Positions 9,796-17,978 of a stretch of 64,000 nucleotides of DNA are shown here, piece by piece. The DNA is from a bacterium. GTDB lineage: Bacteria; UBA8248. Position 1 is the stretch's first letter; each line of letters starts with the position of its first letter. The notes under the pieces are model-generated. The model saw only the letters and a program-made list of their open reading frames with translations, searched no databases and was not told the DNA's origin. Position numbers and translations under genes: made by a program. Location of the stretch: NCBI GenBank assembly GCA_965261085.1, contig OZ253442.1, positions 3,360,001 through 3,424,000 on the forward strand. The letters run 5' to 3'.

Positions 9796-9870
9796 AATAT
9801 GCTACCTTGCAGGAAATCTGTCAAGGTGCACACAAAGGGTCTTGACGTAACATGAGGCAATCGGGATAAT
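9796..9870. promoter_or_regulatory. Divergent sigma70-like promoters with an operator-like inverted repeat
   Basis: Minus: TTGACA (9824-9819)-17-CATATT (9801-9796). Plus: TTGACG (9842-9847)-17-GATAAT (9865-9870). IR accttg..caaggt at 9804-9827. Confidence 0.6.
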
Positions 9871-9899
9871 GGCTGACCCTGAACGGAGGACACCAATCC

Positions 9900-10088
9900 A
9901 TGGCCACTAAAAAATGTGAAATATGCGGATCTAAACATTTTGAAGAAGTCAAGCAACATACGTTTTGTTTCAAATGTGGTGCCCGCGAAAGCGCCATTAT
10001 TAAGGATCTTCATCCATTGGCTTGGCAAAAGCGTATAAGTGCCACTAGAACACCGCGACCGACAAAAAAGGTGCGAAATGGACGCTGA
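9900..10088 (+). CDS. Small zinc-ribbon protein (62 aa)
   Basis: CEICG...CFKCG, basic tail, GGAGG RBS, promoter upstream. Confidence 0.65.
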   Translation: MATKKCEICGSKHFEEVKQHTFCFKCGARESAIIKDLHPLAWQKRISATRTPRPTKKVRNGR

Positions 10089-10257
10089 GCTCAAGGAATA
10101 CCTCGAAGCGATGGAAGCGCGTATAAACGAACGCTTCGATAAGATGCAGGCCGAGAATAACTGCTGGCACGAAAAAACCTATCGTCTGCAAGTTGGCTTG
10201 GAATCACGGGTAAATTCCCTTGAGGATAGAGTGAGTGCCTTAGAGAAGGGGTATTGA
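10078..10257 (+). CDS. Small coiled-coil protein (59 aa)
   Basis: MDAELKEYLEAMEARINERFDK...LESRVNSLEDRVSALE heptad pattern; overlaps the upstream stop. Confidence 0.65.
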   Translation: MDAELKEYLEAMEARINERFDKMQAENNCWHEKTYRLQVGLESRVNSLEDRVSALEKGY

Positions 10258-10258
10258 C

Positions 10259-10390
10259 ATGACCGACAAGAAACCGAAGCAACCCACCAAGAAAGAGCCG
10301 CTCAAGGCCGATTACAAGGGCGCGACACCCCGACAGGTCGGCAAGGCCGTGTTGACCTATCGTCCGAAGTCCGTCAACCTAAATATATAA
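10259..10390 (+). CDS. Small basic peptide ending inside the right TIR (43 aa; not in ORF track)
   Basis: MTDKKPKQPTKKEPLKADYKGATPRQVGKAVLTYRPKSVNLNI; starts 1 nt after the previous stop. Confidence 0.5.
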   Translation: MTDKKPKQPTKKEPLKADYKGATPRQVGKAVLTYRPKSVNLNI

Positions 10391-10396
10391 TTCCCC
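10373..10396 (-). repeat. Right terminal inverted repeat of the IS1595 element
   Basis: gtcaacctaaatatataattcccc; its reverse complement matches the left TIR at 22/24. Confidence 0.88.
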
Positions 10397-10765
10397 TAAC
10401 TTTTATTATCTTCCGTCCGCATCAAGCCGTCTTTACCGGACGTGGAATCCTGTTATCTTGTTGATATCATTGGGAGACAATCATAATCAAAAAGCTCGTT
10501 CGGAATCCGCCTTCCGCAACATGTAATCAAAAAGAAAGCGGGCCAATTATAACTCCCGCGCAGAGCGGAGCGCTCCTGTCGAAATGTCCTCCAAAGTCCG
10601 GCCCACAACGGTTTGATTGCGGTTATGCTCCGCTGCCCCGCAACGTTCATTCAGGAACCACCGGTCGGCCCGCGGCGTAGCCTCCGCCGCAGCTTGTTCG
10701 AAGTCGCCGGAGGCTGAAACAACCCGAGGCGGAGCGCGCCGTCCAGTTCCGCGCCGCCGGCGGGA

Positions 10766-11407
10766 TCAGCTCCGATCGAGTCTGCCCGCAGCGGGCTGGA
10801 CGGCCACGTCCATGGCGTTCAGGAACGCTCGCCCGATCAAGTCCATCTTCCGCACCTGTTCGATCCGTGGCGCAGCCTGAGCCAGTTCGCCCGAGGACAA
10901 CAGCGGGCCGACGAGGCCACAGCCGTCCGCGAGGGTGATGATGACGACATCCCTGGGATCGGGAATCACGTCACTCAACAGCACCATTCTGATCCGTTGC
11001 ACCAGTTCACGCTCGATCTTGCCGTCCACGACCGAGTAGCGTTGCGCCCCGAATATCCACAGGAAGCGGTCATCCTCTAGCTGCAGGATGCCGTTCTCGA
11101 TCAGCCGCTCCAACGCGGCTTCGCGAATTTCGTCTGCATGGCGGGTGGCATGATCCACCCAGTAGAGGGCGTTATGGGTCACTTCCGCCCGCGCAATCTC
11201 GGCGAGCATCGGATCGAGCAGAGGGTCACCGACCGGTGTCGAATCCATGAGGAACAACCGGTCGGCATCGCTATCGATGCGGTTCTCGAGTGCGAGATCC
11301 ATCAACACGGCGGCGCCGAGAGCGGGGCGCACCAACCATTCAGCCGTCCTCGATAGCGTTCCGTCCTCGTCGCGGAGCAGGAGGAGGAACTCTTCGGCGA
11401 ATCTCAT
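10766..11407 (-). CDS. GPP34 / GOLPH3-Vps74 family protein
   Basis: AEEFLLLL.D..G, LGAAVLMDLALENRI, GDPLLD, ERL...GIL, FLWIF...RY, PDPRD..IITLA..CGL. Confidence 0.85.
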   Translation of the reverse strand: MRFAEEFLLLLRDEDGTLSRTAEWLVRPALGAAVLMDLALENRIDSDADRLFLMDSTPVGDPLLDPMLAEIARAEVTHNALYWVDHATRHADEIREAALERLIENGILQLEDDRFLWIFGAQRYSVVDGKIERELVQRIRMVLLSDVIPDPRDVVIITLADGCGLVGPLLSSGELAQAAPRIEQVRKMDLIGRAFLNAMDVAVQPAAGRLDRS

Positions 11408-12681
11408 CACCCGGCGCTCCCAGTCAAGGTCAGGGTCAAGATGGAATAGAACAGCACCGCGAGCGCGGCTCCTGCGGGAAGCGTCACAATCCAGGACACG
11501 ACGATCGTGCGCACCACGCCGAAGTCGAGGGCGCCCATACCACGGGCAAGCCCGACTCCTATCACTGCGCCTACGAGTGTCTGGGTCGTCGAGACCGGCA
11601 GTCCCGTACCACTCGCCACCACCACCGTCGATGCGGCGGCGAATTCGGCGGCAAACCCGCGGCTCGGCGTAAGTTCCGTGATCTTCCTCCCAATTGTCGC
11701 CATCACCCTGTACCCATACGTTGCCAGGCCGACAACGATGCCAACGGCGCCGACCAGCAGGAGCCAGGGTGGAACCGCCGACTTCGGGGCAACCTCGCCG
11801 GTCGTCACCACGCTGACGATTGCGGCCAACGGTCCGATGGCGTTAGCGACATCATTGGAACCGTGAGCAAACGCCATTCCCGACGCGGTGACGATCATCA
11901 GGGCTCCGAATGCCCTCTCGACGTTGGTAAAGCGCGATTGTCCCCCCGAGGGAGAATCGCCACTTTCGAAGCTAATGCGATTGATGACCACGCGACCGAC
12001 GCACGCGACGACGGCGGCGAACAGCACCGAATACAGGATCGCCAGGGGTGTGCTCAGATCAAGGCCGACGTGCTTCAAGCCCTTGACGAACGTCACCATC
12101 GAGGTTATGAGCACCGCGGCGAAGATGTACACTGGTACATAACGGCGCGCGTACACTGCGGGATCGTCTTGGTTGAAGATCAGCCGCTGCACGCTCAGAA
12201 CCAGCAGATACGAGATCGTTCCGGCGATGATGGGAGTGACGACCCAGCTCGCGACAATCTTTGCCACGCCCCACCAGTGGACGGCCTCGAATCCGAGCGC
12301 AACCACCGCGAATCCGATAATCGCGCCGACTATCGAGTGCGTGGTCGAGACGGGCCAGCCGAATCTGGACGCGACCGTCAACCAGACGGCGGCCGCCAGG
12401 AGCGCCGACATCATGCCGATGACGAGCAGGTCCGAATTATGCCCGAGCGACTCCGCGTCGATGATGCCCTTGCGGATCGTCGAGGTAACTTCGCCGCCGG
12501 CCAGAAACGCCCCGAGAAATTCAAATATTCCCGCGATCACGATGGCGCCACCTACGGTGACGGCGCCCGCTCCAACCGACGTTCCCATCGCATTCGCAAC
12601 ATCGTTGGCGCCGATCGCCCAAGCCATATAGAGACCGGAGCCGATCGCCGCAATCAGAATGACGGTGAGACTCACGTCCAT
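11407..12681 (-). CDS. pit: Inorganic phosphate transporter, PiT family
   Basis: GANDVANAMGTSVG, GWPVSTTHSIVG, AHGSNDVANAIGP and GLPVSTT signatures. Confidence 0.95.
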   Translation of the reverse strand: MDVSLTVILIAAIGSGLYMAWAIGANDVANAMGTSVGAGAVTVGGAIVIAGIFEFLGAFLAGGEVTSTIRKGIIDAESLGHNSDLLVIGMMSALLAAAVWLTVASRFGWPVSTTHSIVGAIIGFAVVALGFEAVHWWGVAKIVASWVVTPIIAGTISYLLVLSVQRLIFNQDDPAVYARRYVPVYIFAAVLITSMVTFVKGLKHVGLDLSTPLAILYSVLFAAVVACVGRVVINRISFESGDSPSGGQSRFTNVERAFGALMIVTASGMAFAHGSNDVANAIGPLAAIVSVVTTGEVAPKSAVPPWLLLVGAVGIVVGLATYGYRVMATIGRKITELTPSRGFAAEFAAASTVVVASGTGLPVSTTQTLVGAVIGVGLARGMGALDFGVVRTIVVSWIVTLPAGAALAVLFYSILTLTLTGSAG

Positions 12682-13083
12682 GGAATACCCTTTCTTGGGC
12701 GTTACGGTGCGGGAACGATCGGCGCCTGCGTGCGTCGGAGCGTCATGGAAGGGGTGTTCAAGCCGGCAGAAGAGTTGTCCCCATTCGTTACCCGAGACAC
12801 GCCCACTCGGTATCTACGGTCCGGCCTTGTAGCAATAACAGCCGTGCGCGACTCACTCCCAATTCGTTCCGGCCATGTTGGTCCCAAGCAGGCATGCAGG
12901 GGAAACGACGGACCCATCGTCATCGTTAGAGTCGCCATCGCCCACTCCGCCGACAATGCCCCTGGCTTCTTTGACCGGCCCCCGGCGACTGAATCTAGTT
13001 CGAATGCTAGCACATTGAAAGTTGCTTCCCCAAGCTGGGAGCGAAGCGGCCGGCTTGGCGTGACGATCGTCTCCGGAGCCGGC

Positions 13084-13236
13084 GGCGGGCGGGGACGACT
13101 CCCACGCCTCGGCCCCCGAGAAGATTTTGGAGAGGACACCGACCGCCGTGTTGGCCAGGCTGGGTGTGACGCGGAGCCGGTGGTGCAGCGCCGAGACCTC
13201 TCCCCGTTCGACCTAGCCGACCGCCATCCCGCCCAG
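13084..13236 (-). pseudogene. Tyrosine-integrase remnant (core-binding domain fragment)
   Basis: Translates as LGGMAVG*VERGEVSALHHRLRVTPSLANTAVGVLSKIFSGAEAW with an in-frame TAG at 13213-13215; resembles the integrase 'TP..AN....LS..F..A..W' segment. Confidence 0.6.
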
Positions 13237-13461
13237 GGTGTGGCCGAGCGCTCGTTTCGCGCCCGATGAAAACGGCTTCATCTATCCGAAATAGTGAAAA
13301 ATAGTGAAAAATCCGATAAATTCCTGAAAATTAATCGCAAGGATAAAAAATGATAATCTATTTTATTTCAGTCAATTATGTAATTTACCTAAAGTAGAAA
13401 AGTAATATATTTCACATAAAAACTTTTTCCCTCCCCCGGTCGAACTACGTCCAGCCGTGCT

Positions 13462-13839
13462 CTAGTAACCCTCGTCGATCACCTCTTTAAGCTGCGTGCA
13501 TCCGGCCACCAGCGCCGTCATCCCGCAGGGGGGCAGCATGCACTCAAGCGCCTCGGTCGCCTCCTCGACGGTCGCGCCGAGTTGCAACGCTTTTTTCAGG
13601 TGGTTCTTGATGCCCTCGGTATCGGAGGGATCGCGCGAGGCGCTCGCCACGGCGATGAAGAGCTCCTTGTATTTCTCGTGAAACGGCCCCTGTTTCTTCA
13701 TGATGTGGTTTTTCAGGTTCTCGTAGTTCTCGAGAAGCTCCGGGTCCACCTCGCACAAGAGTTCATACGCCGGATAGATAAACCCGCGAGCCGCCTTCAT
13801 CTCCTCATACAAGGCCCTGCCCCGTTCACTCATCGCCAT
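13462..13839 (-). CDS. Carboxymuconolactone decarboxylase (AhpD-like) family protein
   Basis: KYKELFIAVASA...IKNHLKKALQLGATVEEATEAL. Confidence 0.85.
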   Translation of the reverse strand: MAMSERGRALYEEMKAARGFIYPAYELLCEVDPELLENYENLKNHIMKKQGPFHEKYKELFIAVASASRDPSDTEGIKNHLKKALQLGATVEEATEALECMLPPCGMTALVAGCTQLKEVIDEGY

Positions 13840-13885
13840 CCTGAATCCTCCCTATACAAATCTTGCCGCCGAGCGTTTTCCGCTC

Positions 13886-14656
13886 CTACGGATACACTTC
13901 CTTCTCCAGCACCGAGGCCTCATGGCCGGGCAGGATGTATTCCTCCTTGGTGGCCCGCTCGATGCACTTCCAGATGGAATCCATCGCATCGCGCATGCTG
14001 GACATCTGGCCGGCGGGAACGCGGCGATCGAGGCCCTCTTGAATCTGGATGACGTCGGCGGCGATGACGTAGGTGCCCACGCGCGTCTCCACGGCGACGG
14101 AGCAATGCCCCGGCGTATGGCCCGGCGTGTGGAAATAGGTGACGCCCGGCACGATCTCGTAATTATCCTTCCAGATGGGCTCGAAGATGATGCCCTGCTG
14201 CGCGATTACCGGCCAGCGGGTGTTGGGATGAATCGGCGCGTCATAGGGTTTCGATTGCAGCGCGACCGGGCAGACGGAGTATTGAAGCTCCTCCGCCCAC
14301 ACGTATTTGATGGCGTTGGGGAACAGGTCGCAGTTCTGGGAATGATCCCAGTGCAGGTGCGAGAGAATCAGGATGTCCACTTCCTCGGGCTTCCAGCCCG
14401 CGCCTTCGAGTTGTTCGCGCACGCTCTGGCCGGGCTCCCTGCTCGCGGGCCACGGGGCGCCGCCTCGCTCGGGGTCGAGAAAACTGGTGTCGACCACGAC
14501 TTTCACGTCCTTGCCGTCGTGATCCTTGGCCCCTTCGATCATGTAGATGAACGAGGGAATGGCGAGTTTCGTCCCGAAGTTCGTCCAATACACCATATTG
14601 GAATAGTCCGTGTGAATGGTGCCGCAATTCAGCGGACGGATGGTGAGGTCTGACAT
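13886..14656 (-). CDS. MBL-fold metallohydrolase, N-acyl-homoserine lactonase-like
   Basis: SHLHWDH, TPGHTPGH, AAD and PGHE motifs. Confidence 0.88.
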   Translation of the reverse strand: MSDLTIRPLNCGTIHTDYSNMVYWTNFGTKLAIPSFIYMIEGAKDHDGKDVKVVVDTSFLDPERGGAPWPASREPGQSVREQLEGAGWKPEEVDILILSHLHWDHSQNCDLFPNAIKYVWAEELQYSVCPVALQSKPYDAPIHPNTRWPVIAQQGIIFEPIWKDNYEIVPGVTYFHTPGHTPGHCSVAVETRVGTYVIAADVIQIQEGLDRRVPAGQMSSMRDAMDSIWKCIERATKEEYILPGHEASVLEKEVYP

Positions 14657-14775
14657 AGAGACTTTTCCTTTCTGCTTTGTTTCGCGGTCATAACGGGACG
14701 CAAATCAACGATGGCAGTCATTCGCCTGATAATCACCGGCCCAGGCGTCGCAAGGCCGGCAACGGATATATGTTT

Positions 14776-15375
14776 TTAAGCCTGCGCAGTTCTGGAGAAG
14801 CGCACCACCTCCATCAACTCATCGGGGCCTTCTGGTTCGACGGCATCGAGGCCGAGCGCGAGATTCAGCCGGTTGCTCATGTTCCGGTACGACACGGAGC
14901 CGATGATGTCCAGCACGTTCTCATCGCTGAAACCCGCCTCGCGCAGCGCGTCCAGATCCGCCTCGCTCATGGCGTAGTGGTCGAACGTGAGTTTTTCGGC
15001 AAAGGCGAGCATCGCCTTGTCCGCGTCGTCGAGAACCGGGGAATTGTCCCTGTCCATCACCACGGTGGCCACGTCGGCCAGCGTTACGTCATCGCCGCTT
15101 TCAGCACGGAAAGCCTGGCCATGGTTCATCGTTCAGCCATAGCACGCGCCGATGGTGGCCACGTAGTAGGAGATCAACTCCTCGCGCCTTTTCCCAAGCG
15201 TCGAATTGCCGCCGTGCACGGCCATGTTCATCGTCTGGCGTCCGTTCAGGACCTCGGGCCTTCGCGCCATGGTGAGCAACAGCTTGGGCACAGCGCCTCT
15301 TTTCGCCCGTATGCCCTCGAGTATGCCTTTCGCGGGTTCTTGCGCGTCATTCAGCCTTAAAGGGGATACCCACAT
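14776..15375 (-). CDS. AhpD/peroxidase-related protein, probable selenoprotein (Sec at TGA 15133-15135)
   Basis: Two ORF-track pieces are in frame across one TGA, giving C-Y-G-U-T-M-N-H at the CxxC..H site; SECIS-like hairpin downstream. Confidence 0.8.
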
Positions 15376-15399
15376 TCTCCGTTCTCCTCAACACCGATG

Positions 15400-16455
15400 C
15401 TAGTCGTTTGAACTCGCCGCGCGCTCCTCCTGGAACGCGGGCATCACCTCATTCGCAAACCTCTCTAACGATTGAATCGCCTCGTCCTGGACGATGCCGC
15501 GCAGCACGAAGATCATGATGTGGTTCACCTTGAACTCCTCCTGGAGCCGCTTGAGATCGGCTATCACCTTATCCGGCGGGCCGATGACGCCGCCTCCCTC
15601 GATAACCTGGCGGATGTCGACGTCGTAGCTCCAGTTGCGCTTGAGCGCTTCTTTATCCTCCAGGGGCATCTCGATGGAATTCACCGCGCTGCGGTAGGAG
15701 AGATACCAGGATTCGGAAGGTTCGATTTGCTTCCAGGCGTGTTCGGGGTCGTCGCAAACATGGACGTGGTGCGCCATGAGGGAGGGATAATCATTCGGGT
15801 CACCGCCCCGGTTGCGCACGGTTTCGTTGAACAACGCCATTTTCTCGAGATACACGTCAGGCCCCTTGAAGGTGCCCGACGCCATGATGTTGTACCCACT
15901 CTGGCCGGCGAAGACATAGGTTTCGGGACTCGTGCCGGCCAACCAGATGGGAGGACGCGGCTTCTGGATGGGTTTGGGGAAAATCTCCGCGTCGATGCAG
16001 CTATAGTGCTTACCGTGGAAAGTGAGGCATTCCCCCTCCAGCAGGCGGGTCATCACCTCGAGGCCCTCCTGCATCTTCTCTCTGCTCTCGGTGGGCGAGA
16101 TGTTGAAGCCCTGAAATTCCTTGGGCTGGGAACCTCGTCCGACGCCCAACTCCAGACGCCCGCCGCTCAAAACGTCGACCAGGGCGGCCTGCTCGGCCAG
16201 ACGCACCGGATTATGGAAAGGCATGATGCAGATGGCGGTGCCGATTCTGATCTTTTTGCTTCGCTGCGCGATGGCGAGCGCGACCATCAAGGCGTCGGGA
16301 CACATACCCACGCGGGAGAAGTGGTGCTCGGCCAGAAACACGGTGTCGTAGCCGAGTTCGTCGGCCACCTCGCACTGTTCGAACAACTGCTCGAACTCGT
16401 GCTTGTAGGTTTCTCCCTCCTGACAGGCAGGAATATAGAAAAGCGAGAATTTCAT
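15400..16455 (-). CDS. LLM class flavin-dependent oxidoreductase
   Basis: AEHHF, PVRLAEQAALVDVLSGGRLELGVGRG, PKPIQKPRPPIWLAG. Confidence 0.93.
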   Translation of the reverse strand: MKFSLFYIPACQEGETYKHEFEQLFEQCEVADELGYDTVFLAEHHFSRVGMCPDALMVALAIAQRSKKIRIGTAICIMPFHNPVRLAEQAALVDVLSGGRLELGVGRGSQPKEFQGFNISPTESREKMQEGLEVMTRLLEGECLTFHGKHYSCIDAEIFPKPIQKPRPPIWLAGTSPETYVFAGQSGYNIMASGTFKGPDVYLEKMALFNETVRNRGGDPNDYPSLMAHHVHVCDDPEHAWKQIEPSESWYLSYRSAVNSIEMPLEDKEALKRNWSYDVDIRQVIEGGGVIGPPDKVIADLKRLQEEFKVNHIMIFVLRGIVQDEAIQSLERFANEVMPAFQEERAASSND

Positions 16456-16502
16456 CTTTCAGGTCTCCATCCCGTACATGATAATCGTGTGCGCAGGGCG
16501 TC

Positions 16503-16901
16503 TTAAGCACCCATCGTGAATACCTTGTTCGCCCGGATGCGGTAGATAACGCGCACCTGGCCCTCCTGGCGGTTGGGGTAGCTGTCCACGCCCAGATATT
16601 TTTTCGCCAAAGCGTCGATGTGCTCCTCCGCCCCGTTTTCCGTGACCTCCACCACCGTACCCTGCATCCCCACCCATTTGTAGGGATTTTCCGGGTCGAC
16701 GATGGCGATCGACACCTGCGGACGCACGCGCATGTTGAGGTCCTTCAGGCGGCCTTTGGCCGAATTGATCTCGATGATGTCCCCATTGGTATCGAACCAG
16801 ACGGGAGAGACCTGGGGGGAGCCGTCCTTGTTCTGGGTTCCCAGATACAAGAGGGCCTTGGTGTCGAGAATGCCGGCATGAGAATCGGGTATCAGCGCCA
16901 T
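16503..16901 (-). CDS. PPOX class F420-dependent oxidoreductase
   Basis: T.NKDGSPQVSPVWF, R.K..N....PQVSI..VDPENPY, HIDALAKKYLG. Confidence 0.88.
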   Translation of the reverse strand: MALIPDSHAGILDTKALLYLGTQNKDGSPQVSPVWFDTNGDIIEINSAKGRLKDLNMRVRPQVSIAIVDPENPYKWVGMQGTVVEVTENGAEEHIDALAKKYLGVDSYPNRQEGQVRVIYRIRANKVFTMGA

Positions 16902-16949
16902 TTTAGGTTCCTCATATGAAAAAGACGGTCGATTACGCCCGAGATGCGC

Positions 16950-17930
16950 TCATACGCACTTGGGCAAAACCTCTTCGGTGAACATTTTGAGAGATTCGTC
17001 GAAATCCTGGTTCGGGGGGTCGATCATGATGCTCTTGACCCCGTAGGATTCAATCTCCTGGATGCGATCGACGCACTCCTCGGGCGTTCCCGTGATGGTG
17101 AAGCGATCCAAAATGTAATCGGTGATGAGGGGCACGTGCTTCGGGTCGCGCCAGTTGCTCACGTCGAAATTGTCCAGGAGGTGTTGAATTTCGGGCTTGA
17201 ACGCATCGGGCACCGAGTCGAGCGTCATGCGGAAATTATGATGCGCGCGGTTCGCCACCCGCGCCCGCACCTTCTCACGCGCGCGCGTACTGTCGGTATC
17301 CACGGAGACGACCGCGCCGAAAATCACGTCCATCTCACCAAGAGAGGAATCGCGATTGGCAATCCCCTCGTTCAGGTACTTCAAAACCCAGTCCACCGTC
17401 TCCTTGTAGACGCCCGAACCCACGATGACGCCGTCCGCGATTTCACCGGACATGGCGAGCGTCCTGGGGCCTTCGGCGGAGGTGTATATGGGGATTTCGC
17501 GCGCGCACCACATGCTCACGTCCACGCCCTCGGCGTATTCAACCGTCTCGCCGCGCGTGAACGCGCGAATGGCCGCGATGGACTCGCGCATCCTGGCGAG
17601 TCTGGCCATCTTCTTGCCCAGGGTATAGACGGGCGTATCGCCCGAGCCGATGCCGAACAGCACGCGGCCTCCCGATAGTTCATCGAGCGTGGCGATAGCA
17701 CTCGCCGCGACGCTGTCGTCGTGAAGAACCGGATTCGTAACGCCCGGACCGATTTTCACATGCGAGGTCTTCTCGATCGCCAGAGCGAGCGCGATGTTGT
17801 GATCCCGGCAGGTGAGATGGCTCTCCGCTATCCATACCTGTTCGAAACCGTTGTCCTCGGCGTATTTCGAGCGCTCCGCCACGACCCGGACGTCATCCGG
17901 CACCAGATGAAGACTAAAGCTCATACCCAC
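16950..17930 (-). CDS. LLM class oxidoreductase, Mer-like (probably F420-dependent)
   Basis: IGPGVTNP, ATLDELSGGR..FGIGSGD, GPRTLAMSGEIADG. Confidence 0.85.
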   Translation of the reverse strand: MGMSFSLHLVPDDVRVVAERSKYAEDNGFEQVWIAESHLTCRDHNIALALAIEKTSHVKIGPGVTNPVLHDDSVAASAIATLDELSGGRVLFGIGSGDTPVYTLGKKMARLARMRESIAAIRAFTRGETVEYAEGVDVSMWCAREIPIYTSAEGPRTLAMSGEIADGVIVGSGVYKETVDWVLKYLNEGIANRDSSLGEMDVIFGAVVSVDTDSTRAREKVRARVANRAHHNFRMTLDSVPDAFKPEIQHLLDNFDVSNWRDPKHVPLITDYILDRFTITGTPEECVDRIQEIESYGVKSIMIDPPNQDFDESLKMFTEEVLPKCV

Positions 17931-17978
17931 GACAAAGCGCCTCCCGAATTTTCAGAGAAAAAAGAAACCATCAAGGTA

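Larger units (their letters stand above)
7320..10396 (+). mobile_element. IS1595-family transposon with passenger genes (~3.08 kb)
   Basis: Bounded by 24-bp terminal inverted repeats (22/24 identical); IS1595 transposase at the left end; AT-rich flanks with only an imperfect duplication (taaattt / taacttt). Confidence 0.88.

Noticed and set aside
7312-10404. Perfect 8-bp target-site duplication for the IS1595 element
   Set aside because: Flanks are ttaaattt and taactttt; only a 6/7 imperfect match, so no TSD is claimed
11290-13269. 659-aa plus-strand ORF and many similar long antisense ORFs across the window
   Set aside because: Shadow frames of well-supported opposite-strand genes in GC-rich DNA; R/G/P-rich with no motifs
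13270-13430. Possible dif/Xer site or CRISPR leader in the AT-rich tract
   Set aside because: Only a partial XerD-like arm (ttatgtaattt) without a matching XerC arm; no repeat-spacer array anywhere in the window
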